Origin: the human T2T-CHM13v2.0 reference genome, Homo sapiens
Length of the DNA: 64,000 nucleotides
Direction: 5' to 3' (one strand)
NCBI RefSeq assembly: GCF_009914755.1
Contig: NC_060932.1
In this document: positions 15,388 through 30,066 of the stretch, piece after piece
Numbering within the stretch: the stretch's first letter is position 1
Layout of the letters: every line of letters starts with the position of its first letter
The notes under the pieces: generated by a model
Databases searched by the model: none
Told to the model about the DNA's origin: nothing
The model's input: the letters and a program-made list of their open reading frames with translations, nothing else
Translations under genes and position numbers: made by a program

Positions 15388-15505
15388 GGTAAAGTGACCA
15401 TATGCCGTCATTTGGGTCTGAGTTTAGGTCTGTGGCTCAGTGCAACTATTAATAATGTCCCCTTTTACTCTCAAGGTTTTGATGATATATGAAAGGGTCA
15501 ACCTA
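15388..15505. mobile_element. MER96B-like hAT-Tip100 MITE
   Basis: GTGACCATATG ... GGTCAACCTA termini, and internal CTATTAATAATGTCCCCTTTTACTCTCAA. Confidence 0.6.
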
Positions 15506-16029
15506 CTAATGAGAAGACTCACAGATCTCAGACATCTAGGATAGAAATACTGGCTGTGATGGACATACACTGAGCAATGTGATGATCTAAGTCTCCCTTG
15601 ACATTTAAGAACCTTTAGAGTGTAATGCTTTCACTTTGTCTCTCTCCTTCAATCTCACTCTTGCTCAGCATGTATTAAGCACCTACCATATACAAGGTTC
15701 TGCTCAGCTCTAATGAAATAGAGATAATAAAATCAGAGTTATCTTCAAGGAGCCCAGTTTAAGGGCATGTTTCCAAGCCTCTCTAGCTGCTCCCTCTTGC
15801 CTCCCTACCTCCCAAACATACCTTTTCTAGGCACATACTACACAAAAGATCCATGCTCTTATATTTTCCTTCAACTTTGTCTTTCTCATTCCCCACCTCA
15901 CTGATTTTAGTCTGTTAATATCTCAGCCTTACATGGAATCCAGAAGATCTGGCCTGGTTATCTACTCATTTGAAACTAGCAGGCAGCTTCAATTCCCCAA
16001 TCATCTTTGGTAGAATGGAAATAATCACA

Positions 16030-16052
16030 TGATGTTTAATACTGAGTATCTA
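16030..16052 (+). mobile_element. First ~23 bp of an MLT2A LTR, separated from the rest by the L1 insertion
   Basis: TGATGTTTAATACTGAGTATCTA resembles the MLT2A start (TGTGATGGTTAATACTGAGTGTCAA) and joins 22096 onward. Confidence 0.75.
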
Positions 16053-16953
16053 GGAGCCAAGATGGCCGAATAGGAACAGCTCCGGTCTACAGCTCCCAGC
16101 GTGAGTGACGCAGAAGACGGGTGATTTCTGCATTTCCATCTGAGGTACCGGGTTCATCTCACTAGGGAGTGCCAGACAGTGGGCGCAGGTCCGTGGGTGC
16201 ATGCACCGTGTGCGAGCTGAAGCAGGGCGAGGCATTGCCTCACTCCGGAAGCGCAGGGGGTCAGGGAGTTCCCTTTCCTAGTCAAAGAAAGGGGTGACAG
16301 ACGGCACCTGGAAAATCAGGTCACTCCCACCTGAATAATGCGCTTCTCCCACGGGCTTAAAAAACGGGGCACCACGAGATTATATCCCGCACCTGGCTCA
16401 GAGGGTCCTACGCCCACGGAGTCTCGCTGATTGCTAGCACAGCAGTCTGAGATCAAACTGCAAGGCGGCAGTGAGGCTGGGGGAGGGGCGCCCACCATTG
16501 CCCAGGCTTGCTTAGGTAAACAAAGCAGCCAGGAAGCTCCAACTGGGTGGAGCCCACCACAGCTCAAGGAGGCCTGCCTGCCTCTGCAGGCTCCACCTCT
16601 GGGGGCAGGGCACAGACAAACAAAAAGACAGCAGTAACCTCTGCAGACTTAAATGCCCCTGTCTGACAGCTTTGAAGAGAGCAGTGGTTCTCCCAGCACA
16701 CAGCTGGAGATCTGAGAACAGGCAGACTGCCTCCTCAAGTGGGTCCCTGACCCCTGACCCCCGAGCAGCCTAACTGGGAGGCACCCCCCAGCAGGGGCAC
16801 ACTGACACCTCACACGGCAGGGTACTCCAACAGACCTGCAATTGAGGGTCCTCTCTGTTAGAAGGAAAACTAACAAACAGAAAGGACATCCTCACCAAAA
16901 ACCCATCTGTACATCACCATCATCAAAGACCAAAAGTAGATAAAACCACAAAG
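16053..16953. promoter_or_regulatory. L1 5'UTR: internal sense promoter with YY1 site, and antisense promoter
   Basis: YY1 motif CAAGATGGCCG at 16058-16068. Most CpG-rich stretch in the window. Function inferred from known L1PA 5'UTR biology. Confidence 0.8.
16316..16498 (-). pseudogene. L1 ORF0, truncated to 60 aa
   Basis: MVGAPPPASLPPCSLISDCCASNQRDSVGVGPSEPG...VGVT* matches primate ORF0 (71 aa); codon 61 CGA>TGA. Confidence 0.85.
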
Positions 16954-17970
16954 ATGGGGAAAAAACAGAACAGAAAAACTGGAAACTCTAAAAAGCAGAG
17001 CACCTCTCCTCCTCCAAAGGAAGGCAGTTCCTCACCAGCAATGGAAAAAAGCTGGACGGAGAATGACTTTGACGAGCTGAGAGAAGATGGCTTCAGATGA
17101 TCAAATTACTCTGAGCTACAGGAGGACATTCAAACCAAAGGCAAAGAAGTTGAAAACTTTGAAAAAAATTTAGAAGAATGTATAACTAGAATAACCAATA
17201 CAGAGAAGTGCTTAAAGGAGCTGATGGAGCTGAAAACCAAGGCTCGAGAACTACGTGAAGAATGCAGAAGCCTCAGGAGCTGACGCGATCAACTGGAAGA
17301 AAGGGTATCAGCGATGGAAGATGAAATGAATGAAATGAAGCGACAAGGGAAGTTTAGAGAAAAAAGAATAAAAAGAAATGAGCAAAGCCTCCAAGAAATA
17401 TGGGACTATGTGAAAAGACCAAATCTACATCTGACTGGTGTACCTGAAAGTGATGGGGAGAATGGAACCTAGTTGGAAAACACTCTGCAGGATATTATCC
17501 AGGAGAACTTCCCCAATCTAACAAGGCAGGCCAACGTTCAGATTCAGGAAATACAGAGAACGCCACAAAGATATTCCTCGAGAAGAGCAACTCCAAGACA
17601 CATAATTGTCAGATTCACCAAAGTTGAAATGAAGGAAAAAATGTTAAGGGCAGCCAGAGAGAAAGGTTGGGTAACCCACAAAGGGAAGCCCATCAGACTA
17701 ACAGCTGATCTCTTGGCAGAAACTCTACAAGGCAGAAGAGAGGGGGGGCCAATATTCAACATTCTTAAAGAAAATAATTTTCAACCCAGAATTTCATATC
17801 CAGCCAAACTAAGCTTCATAAGTGAAGGAGAAATAAAATACTTTACAGACAAGACAATGCTGAGAGATTTTGTCACCACCAGGCCTGCCCTAAAAGAGCT
17901 CCTGAAGGAAGCACTAAACATGGAAAGGAACAACCAGTACCAGCTGCTGCAAAATCATGCCAAAATGTAA
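16954..17970 (+). pseudogene. L1 ORF1p, disrupted
   Basis: ATGGGGAAAAAACAG start; canonical 1017-nt length; in-frame stops at 17098 (codon 49), 17281 (codon 110) and 17470 (codon 173). Confidence 0.95.
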
Positions 17971-18033
17971 AGACCATCAAGGCTAGGAAGAAACTGCATC
18001 AACTAACGAGCAAATTAACCAGCTAACATCATA

Positions 18034-21854
<3,821 letters not shown>

Positions 21855-22095
21855 ACAATGAGATTACATGGATACAGGAAGGGGAACATCACACTCTGGG
21901 GACTGTTGTGGGGTGGGGGGAGGGGGGAGGGATAGCATGGGGAGATATACCTAATGCTAGATGACGAGTTAGTGGGTGCAGTGCACCAGCATGGCACATG
22001 TATACATATGTAACTAACCTGCACAATGTGCACATGTACCCTAAAACTTAAAGTATAATAATAAAAAATAATAATAATAAAATATTGAGTATCTA

Positions 22096-22515
22096 CTTGA
22101 TTGAAGGATGCAAAGCACTGATCCTGGGTATGTCTGTGATGGTGGTGCCAAAGGGGAGTAACATTTGAGTTGGTGGACTGGGAAAGGCAGACCCACCCTT
22201 AATCTGGGTGGGCACAATCCAATCAGCTGCCAGTGAGGCCAGAAAAAAAAGCAGGCAGAAGAGTGTGAAAAGACTAGACTGGCTTAGCCTCCCAGCCTAC
22301 ATCTTTATCCCATGCTGTATGCTTCCTGCCCTTGAACATTGGGTTCCCAAGTTTTTCAGCTTTGGGACTCAGAATGGCTTCCTTGCTCCTCAGCTTGCAG
22401 ATGGCCTATTGTGGGACCTCACCTTGTGATCATGTGAGTCAATACTCCTTAGTAAACTTCCCTTTATATATGTATCTATCCTATTAGTTCTGTCCCTCTA
22501 GAGAACCCTAACAAA
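22096..22515 (+). mobile_element. MLT2A1/2 (HERV-L) solo LTR, main body
   Basis: GATTGAAGGATGCAAAG...GGGAAAGGCAGACCCACCCTTAATCTGGGTGGGCAC...TCCTATTAGTTCTGTCCCTCTAGAGAACCCT. Confidence 0.9.
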
Positions 22516-23109
22516 AATCATAACACTTCACAAAAATAATCTAAAAATGTAAAAAAACAAATTGGAAGAATATATAGTAAAATATTAATGGTTATCTTTG
22601 ACTGTGGGATTATAAATGATTTATTGTTGTTGTTCCTGTTGTTGGCTGTTGCTGTTATTATTAATATCACCATTGTTTCTTCCTTTATATTCTTTTCATT
22701 TTTTCTAAAGTCTCTAGGAAAGAACTATACAGTCAGCGTGCCAGCAGAAAACAGATAGAACACTGGAATAGGATAATGGAAGACTATTTAATGCAGGTAC
22801 CAATTAAAAGTGAGGACAACAGTAAAGGAACTAAGGAGAGACAATGATACACCCATGACAACCCTTTGACCTATGATCCAACAAGAGGAAAGTGGCAGAT
22901 CTGCCTAACAAAAATTTTCCATTTTTAAATTTTTGGATGGAACAGAACATGTTGAAGTCATTCCAAGAAAATTCAACATGTACACTCAGACACATTGAAG
23001 ACCTTCCTTTCTTCTTTTTTCTATTTCCTTTCTCCTTCATTCCTTTCTCCCCTACATCATTCCTCCCTTTTCTCCTTTTTTTCCTCTAAATGCAGGGTTG
23101 TATTTTGGA

Positions 23110-23510
23110 AAGTGTATGAGCATCAGTGTTAGACAGACTTCAGTTCAATTCTCATCTCTTTTATGAGAACTAAACATGTTACCACTCTGTGAGGCCCATC
23201 TTTCTCCCCTATAAATTGGATATACCAAAACATATTCCATAGAACTATTTTGAAAATTAGATGAGAGACTGTGTTGTTAAAGCAAATAAAACAGATTTAA
23301 TGGGTACAAACATGCATTTCAGAGGTAGCATTCTTGTGTTCAAAGCCTGGCTCTGCCCCTTTACTTAACTTGTCTATACCTCAATTTCATCATCTTTAAA
23401 ATGGCTATAACCTGATTTCATAGGGCTACAGTGATAATCACATGAATTAGTACACGCAAAGGATTTATAATTTGGCCTAGTTTATTTTTAACAAGCACTA
23501 TATAAGTGTT
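23110..23510 (+). mobile_element. Two adjacent MIR fragments
   Basis: CCTATAAATTGGATA and CCTCAATTTCATCATCTTTAAAATGG cores. Confidence 0.6.
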
Positions 23511-23619
23511 TTAATAGTCATAACACATGCTAGTTGTCACAGTGTTATCATTCTTGGACCCTTACAATATGCCAGAAAGTAGTGAATCATGCAAATGGTG
23601 AGGTAACTGCTACCCTCTT

Positions 23620-23818
23620 CTCCATTTCCATCCTTTGGTGTTCACACCAATGTACACCTTCCCCAGTTTGTTCCCAGCCAAGGACTGAGCACAGTAGGGG
23701 TACTAACTCTGGGTGATTTCTACCTGATAAGGGACTCTTCTAACAGACAACCTTTCCTCAAAGACTGCCCATTGACCTGGCCACAGCTTTTTCAGAACTG
23801 CACAGCTGTCTGAGGCTC
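23620..23818 (+). mobile_element. LTR16-like (ERVL) LTR, 5' part
   Basis: GACTGCCCATTGACCTGGCC...TTTTCAGAACTGCACAGCTGTCTGAGGCTC. Confidence 0.6.
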
Positions 23819-23840
23819 ATCGGGTTTGGGTTTCAGAGGC

Positions 23841-24044
23841 TGTGTCAGTTTGCATCCTCTGAGAAGCCAATGGAAAGAGCAGATTAGATGTGCAGGAGAT
23901 TTATCAGGGTAACACTTCTGAAGAATACAAGGGAAAGATGTAAGAGTAGGTGAGACCCTTTAGATTGTGATGGGGGTCTGATACTTACGAAAGGAGAGAG
24001 GGAAGGAAGAAGGATTGGGTAGAAGTAGCCTCAGACTGCAGTGG
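23841..24044 (-). mobile_element. LTR16-like LTR, 3' part in opposite orientation
   Basis: Reverse complement reads CTGCAGTCTGAGGCT...CCCAATCC...ATAAATCTCCTGCACATCTAATC...CTTCTCAGAGGATGCAAACTGACACA (LTR end). Confidence 0.7.
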
Positions 24045-24119
24045 ACATCTAATTTAAAAAAAAAATCTTGTATTTTTCATTTTTTATTCTCAGAATAGAG
24101 CAGAGTAAAAATCCAAGGA

Positions 24120-24520
24120 CCCAGATATATGCCCTGAGGCCAGTCCAGCTGTCACCCAGTTTTACTATGGTGTCATCTGCCAGTTGGGCTGGGGAAGGAG
24201 GGAATGCTTCTAAGCTCCCTCCTGTCATTGCTGGCAGGTCTTCACCTTTTGCCACCTGAATCCTTCTACTGGCCTATTTCACAAGCTGGAAACAAGTTTC
24301 CCTCAGGGCAGACAATCAAAGAGACAGTGAGAGAGAACACACAACCAAAACAAAACACACAGTTTTTTTGTAACCTAACCCAAGTGAAAAATCATCACTT
24401 CTGTTGGATTCTTTTCATCAGTGTCAGTAAGTCCAGTTCACACTTAGAGAGATTATCCAAGAAGGTGAATACCATGAGGAGGAGATTATTGGAGACCATC
24501 CTAAAGACTTTCCTCCCCTA
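24120..24520 (-). mobile_element. Old MLT1-type LTR fragment
   Basis: CATCACTTCTGTTGGATTC...GTGAATACCATGAGGAGGAGATTATTGGAGACCATC. Confidence 0.5.
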
Positions 24521-25015
24521 AACTAAGTGCCCCGCCAGTGATTTTCAGAGCCTCTTTTATCTCTTCAGTTAGAGACCTTAGCATGCCATATTCTCACTGC
24601 TTATTTACTTCTCTTAATATACCTTCAAACTGTAAACTTTAGGAAAGCAGGCACCTTATATCTTTAAATCACATTTGTATTCTCAATGTCTAGCAAAGAA
24701 CCAGCAATATAAATATTTGTTAAATAAATTAACTTGGAAGAAATTTGTCTCCAACATATTGCACACTCATCTATCTTCTTAAATAGAAGAGAACCCCATT
24801 TCACTTGACTATTTTTGACAGTTAAACATTATCATTAAAAACACCAATTGTACCAGATTGTACAATTTTTATCAAATCATATTACAAATAATAAATGTGT
24901 TGACTGTAATGATTCCTATTTTAATTAATAAATGATAAATATAAAAAAATTTATAAATAAATTATAAGTTAATAAATAAATTAAAAATCTATGCTATGAG
25001 ATGCAACAAACTCTT

Positions 25016-25205
25016 GGATGCAGAAAATGCTTTCCAAGAGTTTGTTGAATCTCAAAGCATGGATTTTTACACTACAGGAATAAACAAACTTATTTCTCAT
25101 TGGCAAAAATGTGTTGATTGTAATGGTTCCTATTTTAATTAAGATGTATTTGAGCCTAGTTATAATTAAAAATTCACTGTCTGAAACCACAATTACTTAT
25201 GCACT
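25016..25205 (+). mobile_element. HSMAR1 mariner 3' fragment (transposase C-terminus + partial right TIR)
   Basis: 25017-25142 translates DAENAFQEFVESQSMDFYTTGINKLISHWQKCVDCNGSYFN* (Hsmar1/SETMAR C-terminus). TIR remnant AAACCACAATTACTTATGCAC at 25184-25204. Confidence 0.92.
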
Positions 25206-25386
25206 TTAGCAATTGTGACTTAAAATGAAGAAGAAATAGGAGGAGGAGAAGAACAGGGGAGTTAGTTTTGCCTTGAATCAAGAAAGATCAGCTTCTATTG
25301 GGAAATATCAGTCCTATTTAAGAAGTCATGATTTTTAAAATATGGTTACTGGGAACTGCTGTGTTACAGATCTAAAAGTCTGTCTT

Positions 25387-26142
25387 CAATGCAAACCAAA
25401 ATCACAATGAGATACCTCTCACATCAGTCAAATGGCAATTATTAATAAGTTAGGAAATATGTTGGCAAGGTTGTGGAGAAAAGGAAACATTTATAGACTG
25501 CTGGTCAGAATATAAATTATTTCAGCCACTGTGAAAGCAGTTTGGAGATTTTGCAAAGAACTTAAAACAGAACTTCTATTCAACCCAGCAATCCCATTAC
25601 TGGATATATACAGAAAGGAATATAAATCATTTTACCAAAAGACATACGTGCTCATATGTTCATCACAGCACTTTTCACAATAGAAAAGACCTGGAATCAA
25701 CCTTGATGCCCACCAATAGTACACTGGATAAAGAAAACATAGTATATATACACCACGGAATACCATGCAGCCATAAAAAAGAACAAAATCATGTCCCTTG
25801 CAAAAATATGGATGCAGCTGGAGGCCATTATCCTAAGAAAATAAATGCAAAAACAGAAAACCAAATGCTGCATGTTCTCTCTTATAAGTGGAAGCTAAAT
25901 GTTGAGTACACATATAGTTTCAAAGAGGTGAACAATGGACACCAGGACCTACATTAGGGTGAAGGGTGGGAGGAGGATAAAGGTCAGAAAAATATCTATT
26001 AGGTACCGTCTTCACTACTGGAGTGACCAAATCATTTGTACACTAAACCCCAGCAACACACAATTTACCCATGTAACAAACCACCCCGTGTACTTCCTGA
26101 AACTAAAATAAAAGTTGAAAAGGAAAAAAAAAGTGACTAAAA
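25387..26142 (+). mobile_element. 5'-truncated L1PA13-16-like element
   Basis: ORF2 end + 3'UTR (CAATTTACCCATGTAACAAACC). TSD TAAAAGTCTGTCTT at 25373-25386 and 26143-26156. Confidence 0.9.
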
Positions 26143-26495
26143 TAAAAGTCTGTCTTTAACATCTTTAATTCTTGAAAGTCATTTACCAGGCTGCTTTTAT
26201 CCTCAGACTGCTTCTTTTAAATTGCTCAGGCTGTTTGTTTGTTCCACTTGATACTGAATCCCTCTGACACTGTCTTCCCCTTGGAATAAATGCTCCATTT
26301 GAAACTCTCCATCTCCATAGCCCTTTCCCCTCATGCACGGCAATGCTACAGGGACACAGCTATATGCTTACTTACACCTCTCTTTCTCCTCCTCTTCCTT
26401 TTTTTCAGCAATTAAATAAATCATACATTAATTCGTCTTACCATGAGGGTCCTAACTAGTGTATGGCTTTGAATTACAGAGAAAAGCAGTGGCCA

Positions 26496-26815
26496 GGCCG
26501 GGTGCGGTGTCTCACGCCTGTAATCCCAGCACTTTGGGAGGCCGAGGTGGGCAGATCACGAGGTCAGGAGTTTGAGACCAGCCTGGCCAACATGGTGAAA
26601 CCCCACCTCTACTAAAAATGCAAAAATTAGCTGGGCATGGTGGCAAGTACCTGTAATCCCAGCTACTCAGCAGGCTGAGGCAGGAGAATCACTTGAACCC
26701 AGGAGGCGCAGGTTGCAGTGAGCTGAGATCGTGCCACTGCACTCCAGTCTGGGCGATAGAGCAAGACTGCATCTCAAAAAAAAAAAGAAAAAAGAAAAGG
26801 AAAGGAAAAAAAAAG
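26496..26815 (+). mobile_element. AluS (Sg-like)
   Basis: Full dimer with A/G-rich tail. Partial TSD AGCAGTGGCC at 26485-26494 and 26825-26834. Confidence 0.95.
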
Positions 26816-27829
26816 ACAAGGCACAGCAGTGGCCTGTTGGAGTGCAGGTACCTCTGGTCATCTCACTAGTCATGGAATCTTTGTGAGATCAGTGACTGTT
26901 AGTGCTCAGGACTTTGAGCAGTCAGTTGCGCTGGGCATGAAGCAGGGGTGTGGACGCTAATTAACAAGGTTCCCTTAACTGGGAGTTCTGAAGATTTTGC
27001 CCAATTGTATGCACACCTTTTCTGATAATATACACTGCTAGGTGGTTGGCTTTTTTTTTTTTTTTTTTTTTGCAATAACCCAAGAAGACTGGCACCCACT
27101 CTGTTCCACCTCCCAAATATGGGTAGGACTAACATCAATCTTGCCCCACATCATGTTTTCATCAATATCTCTCCACGCTAAAATTGAAATCTATGAATTG
27201 TGTGAAATTAGAATTGGGAAAGTAAGTAAATTCTTTTCCTGTCTTGGTTATTTTATGAAAAATTCTATGAAATAACATATGTAAAGTTCCCAGCAAACAT
27301 TGTATTTTCTGTCCTCCCTTTCTTTTCTCCTTTCTATCTCTTTTATTCCACTGTCTTTCATTCTCTCTATAGTTGATACTGAGGCTCTGATCCAGAGCAT
27401 TGCCATACAGCCAGTAAGTAGTGGAACCAAGATTCAAATTCTGATATTCCACATGCATTATTTCAAAAAAGTTTTTCTTGGTTAGTAAAGATGATAATAT
27501 AATAACATGGAAATCAAAAAGAAAAAAAATACAAGTTATTCTTAATAAATTAAATATTGTCATTGTCTCTAATTAAATCATTTGTCCTTGTGCTAAATAT
27601 TTCTGTAGTGATTTCCACCTAAGCATGCACATTACATCATTATGTCTTCACAACCATCTTATGTTATTGTGCATTTTACGTATGAGACACTCGTGGCTCA
27701 CAGAGAGTTCAGTTGACTATTCTAAGGGTATACAGCTAGAAAGGGGCATTTTGTAATGACAGACTGGTAACGGTTACTAACCTTTCTAAGAAGACATGGA
27801 GGAAGGTGAGATGGCAATTTATGTGATAT

Positions 27830-27952
27830 GGGAAGACAGGAAGGCAGAAAGGAAGGCGGGAAGGCAGGAAGGAAAGCAAAAAGGAAGGAAGGAAGACAGA
27901 AAGGAAGGAAGGCAGACAGAAAGGAAGGAAGGCAAAAGGAAGGCAGGGAGGG
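27830..27952. repeat. GA-rich (GGAA/GGCA)n low-complexity tract
   Basis: Degenerate GGAA tetramer run. Confidence 0.85.
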
Positions 27953-28109
27953 ACATTATCGAGGTGACTATTTTCCTGTAAGGAAATAATTTTACCATGT
28001 TTTAATCTGACATATGGTACATATTGGTTATCAAAAATTTGGTAATGATGCAGAAAGCTTCCAAGGAAACTCAGTTCTCAAAGGCCAGTTCCATGGCATA
28101 TGCCATGAA

Positions 28110-28245
28110 CCTTTAGTCAAGTTATTTAGCCTTTTCAGCCTTGGTTTCAACATCCATAAAATGAGATAATAGTAATAGCTACTCTTAGGGTCAATGGGAA
28201 GATTAAATAAGGTAAATATGTAAAGCACCTAACAACACATTCTAG
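28110..28245 (+). mobile_element. MIR
   Basis: CAAGTTATTTAGCC...CATCCATAAAATGAGATAATAGTA...TGTAAAGCAC. Confidence 0.75.
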
Positions 28246-29107
28246 CTTCTGTGGTTGTTGTCATTGCTTTTAATCTTCATGGTCCGAGGTTTTAGAACCT
28301 TTAAATTAAGACTTAGAGTAACTGAGATAGCTGAGACAAGTATGTGATTGTTCCTTTACCTACGTTATTTGAATTAGTTCTCCCAATGACAAAGTAAATT
28401 GGAAATAATAATCCCTTCATGCAGAAGATAAATGTTGAAGCACATACATGTTAAATAACTCATCAAAATTTACCACTCAAAAAGGGGCAAGGATGAAATT
28501 TGGATCCAGTTTTCTCTGGCTACAAAGTCTGTTCCTTTTTCTATATGATTACATACATATTATTTAAGGTTAATTGAGAATCTCTTTATTGGTACAATTT
28601 TAGATGTTAAGAAATTTCTCTCTCAGTTTAAACACTTCATGGGACTTGGGTGTGGAGGCACAGTGGAATTTATTTAAGTTGCTTTGTGACTTTGCTTTTA
28701 AAACTTAGTAATTTAGCTTGATTTTATTGGAAAGAGTATCTGAAAAACTTTGCCCCAGTTTTAGTTTTAGTCTGAGACTATATAAAGCTCTTGCAAAAAT
28801 TATCACCCTGTAACTTGGCTTCTCAGAAGAGTGTCTTCTAGCATTTCTCATCATGCCCACCTCTTTGCACTCTTTTTTTCTGTCTCTCACTCTAGGTCAG
28901 GCACTTCCAGGCATCTGTTTCCTCTTGGGGACTCATGATTAATTTCTGCCTGACTCTGATGACTCTGATGTAGAAAATGCCTAGAAAAAGAGTAACTTCC
29001 AGCAGGCGAGCCTGCCTTCTGATTATTGATTGAGTGGAAAACCCATATTTCAACTCCCATCCACTAGCCGCCAGGATCAGCTATTCTATTTTCTAAAGTA
29101 AACCAAG

Positions 29108-29148
29108 GTGGTGGCCATTTAGCTCAGTTGGTTAGAGTGTTGCTGAAG
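29108..29148 (+). pseudogene. Tailless 5'-half tRNA-Ile(AAT)-derived retropseudogene
   Basis: GGCCATTTAGCTCAGTTGGTTAGAGTGTTGCT (29113-29144) vs tRNA-Ile GGCCGGTTAGCTCAGTTGGTTAGAGCGTGGTGCT. Perfect 12-bp TSD AAGTAAACCAAG at 29096-29107 and 29149-29160. No polyA, no T-arm. Confidence 0.85.
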
Positions 29149-29519
29149 AAGTAAACCAAGCCTGCAGCCTTATAGTATATATGGTTATAGAACATGTCTC
29201 TGATCATGATTGTGAAGCCTGAGAGTTAAATCCAATGCCCCTCCTTATCTCAGGGCTCCACAATGGTCTACTTTGGCCTCAGCTAGACTGACAGGGACCA
29301 CCATGCTCCAAAAATTTGAAACGTCCTCCTAATGAGGACTTGTCTTACCTGAACTCCTGGTTATCTGATATATTTGAGTAAGATCTTGCACTAATTGTCT
29401 CAGCTCTGTGAGCCCCAGTTATGTCCTCTGTATATTGAGGCTAAGCAGACCCAGATCACAGTCTTACTGTGAGGATGGAGTACAGTGGTATTTATTCCTG
29501 GGATGTGGCAACTCCTAGA

Positions 29520-30066
29520 TCACTGATCCTTTCTCCAACACAGTGTTATCTTAAATTCGAATATCCACTAAGATAATGCTCCCCTTGCCCTGGCTTCTCA
29601 CTTTCTTGACTGTCCCTCCTCGAATGATCTTGTCTTTCATCGCAGTTCAACCATTCATGTCACCAGTCATATCCCAAATTTGTGCTCTTTCCATAAATCA
29701 ATTTCCAGATCATTTTTCTAGTCACACAACTCCAGTAATTCTTTGACACCATTATGTTCTATAATCCTTGATGCTACCATTTTCTCACTCTCTCTTACCT
29801 CTGTCCCCCCATCTTCACTTCCTTTCAGCTTAGACTCCATGGTCCATCGTTAAAATCACCATCAGTATCACCTCGACTGCTTTGCCTCTCCGCTCCTTTG
29901 TCAAATTCACTTGCAAAACACCACCTTGGTTAAGTGACTCTTCATTCATTTAGTTCCTTAACCTGGTAAACTAAGAATGACTGGAGGAAAGTACATAAAT
30001 ATGCAGATACAAAAATCACTTTAGAAATTCTAAAGTCATTATCCTCAAGCGGGCTCTCAGTCTTAA
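29520..30066 (+). mobile_element. L2 internal fragment (continues ~30579-30820 after MER41)
   Basis: Pyrimidine-rich L2 ORF2-like motifs (CAGCTTAGACTCCATGGTCCATC, TTCCCTGAGAAAATA). Confidence 0.6.

Noticed and set aside
21898-21931. G-quadruplex-forming G-tracts
   Set aside because: Standard, well-described feature of L1PA 3'UTRs.
27162-27563. 133-aa ORF; also 4142-4459, 24204-24521, 32297-32590 and 39812-40102
   Set aside because: No recognisable domain, partly over MIR/LTR or low-complexity DNA, no exon structure; lengths are within chance expectation.
27796-27981. Lys/Arg/Glu-rich ORF
   Set aside because: Translation of a GGAA low-complexity tract.
29113-29148. Functional tRNA gene
   Set aside because: Only the 5' half with the A-box is present; no intact anticodon, B-box, 3' acceptor strand or terminator.
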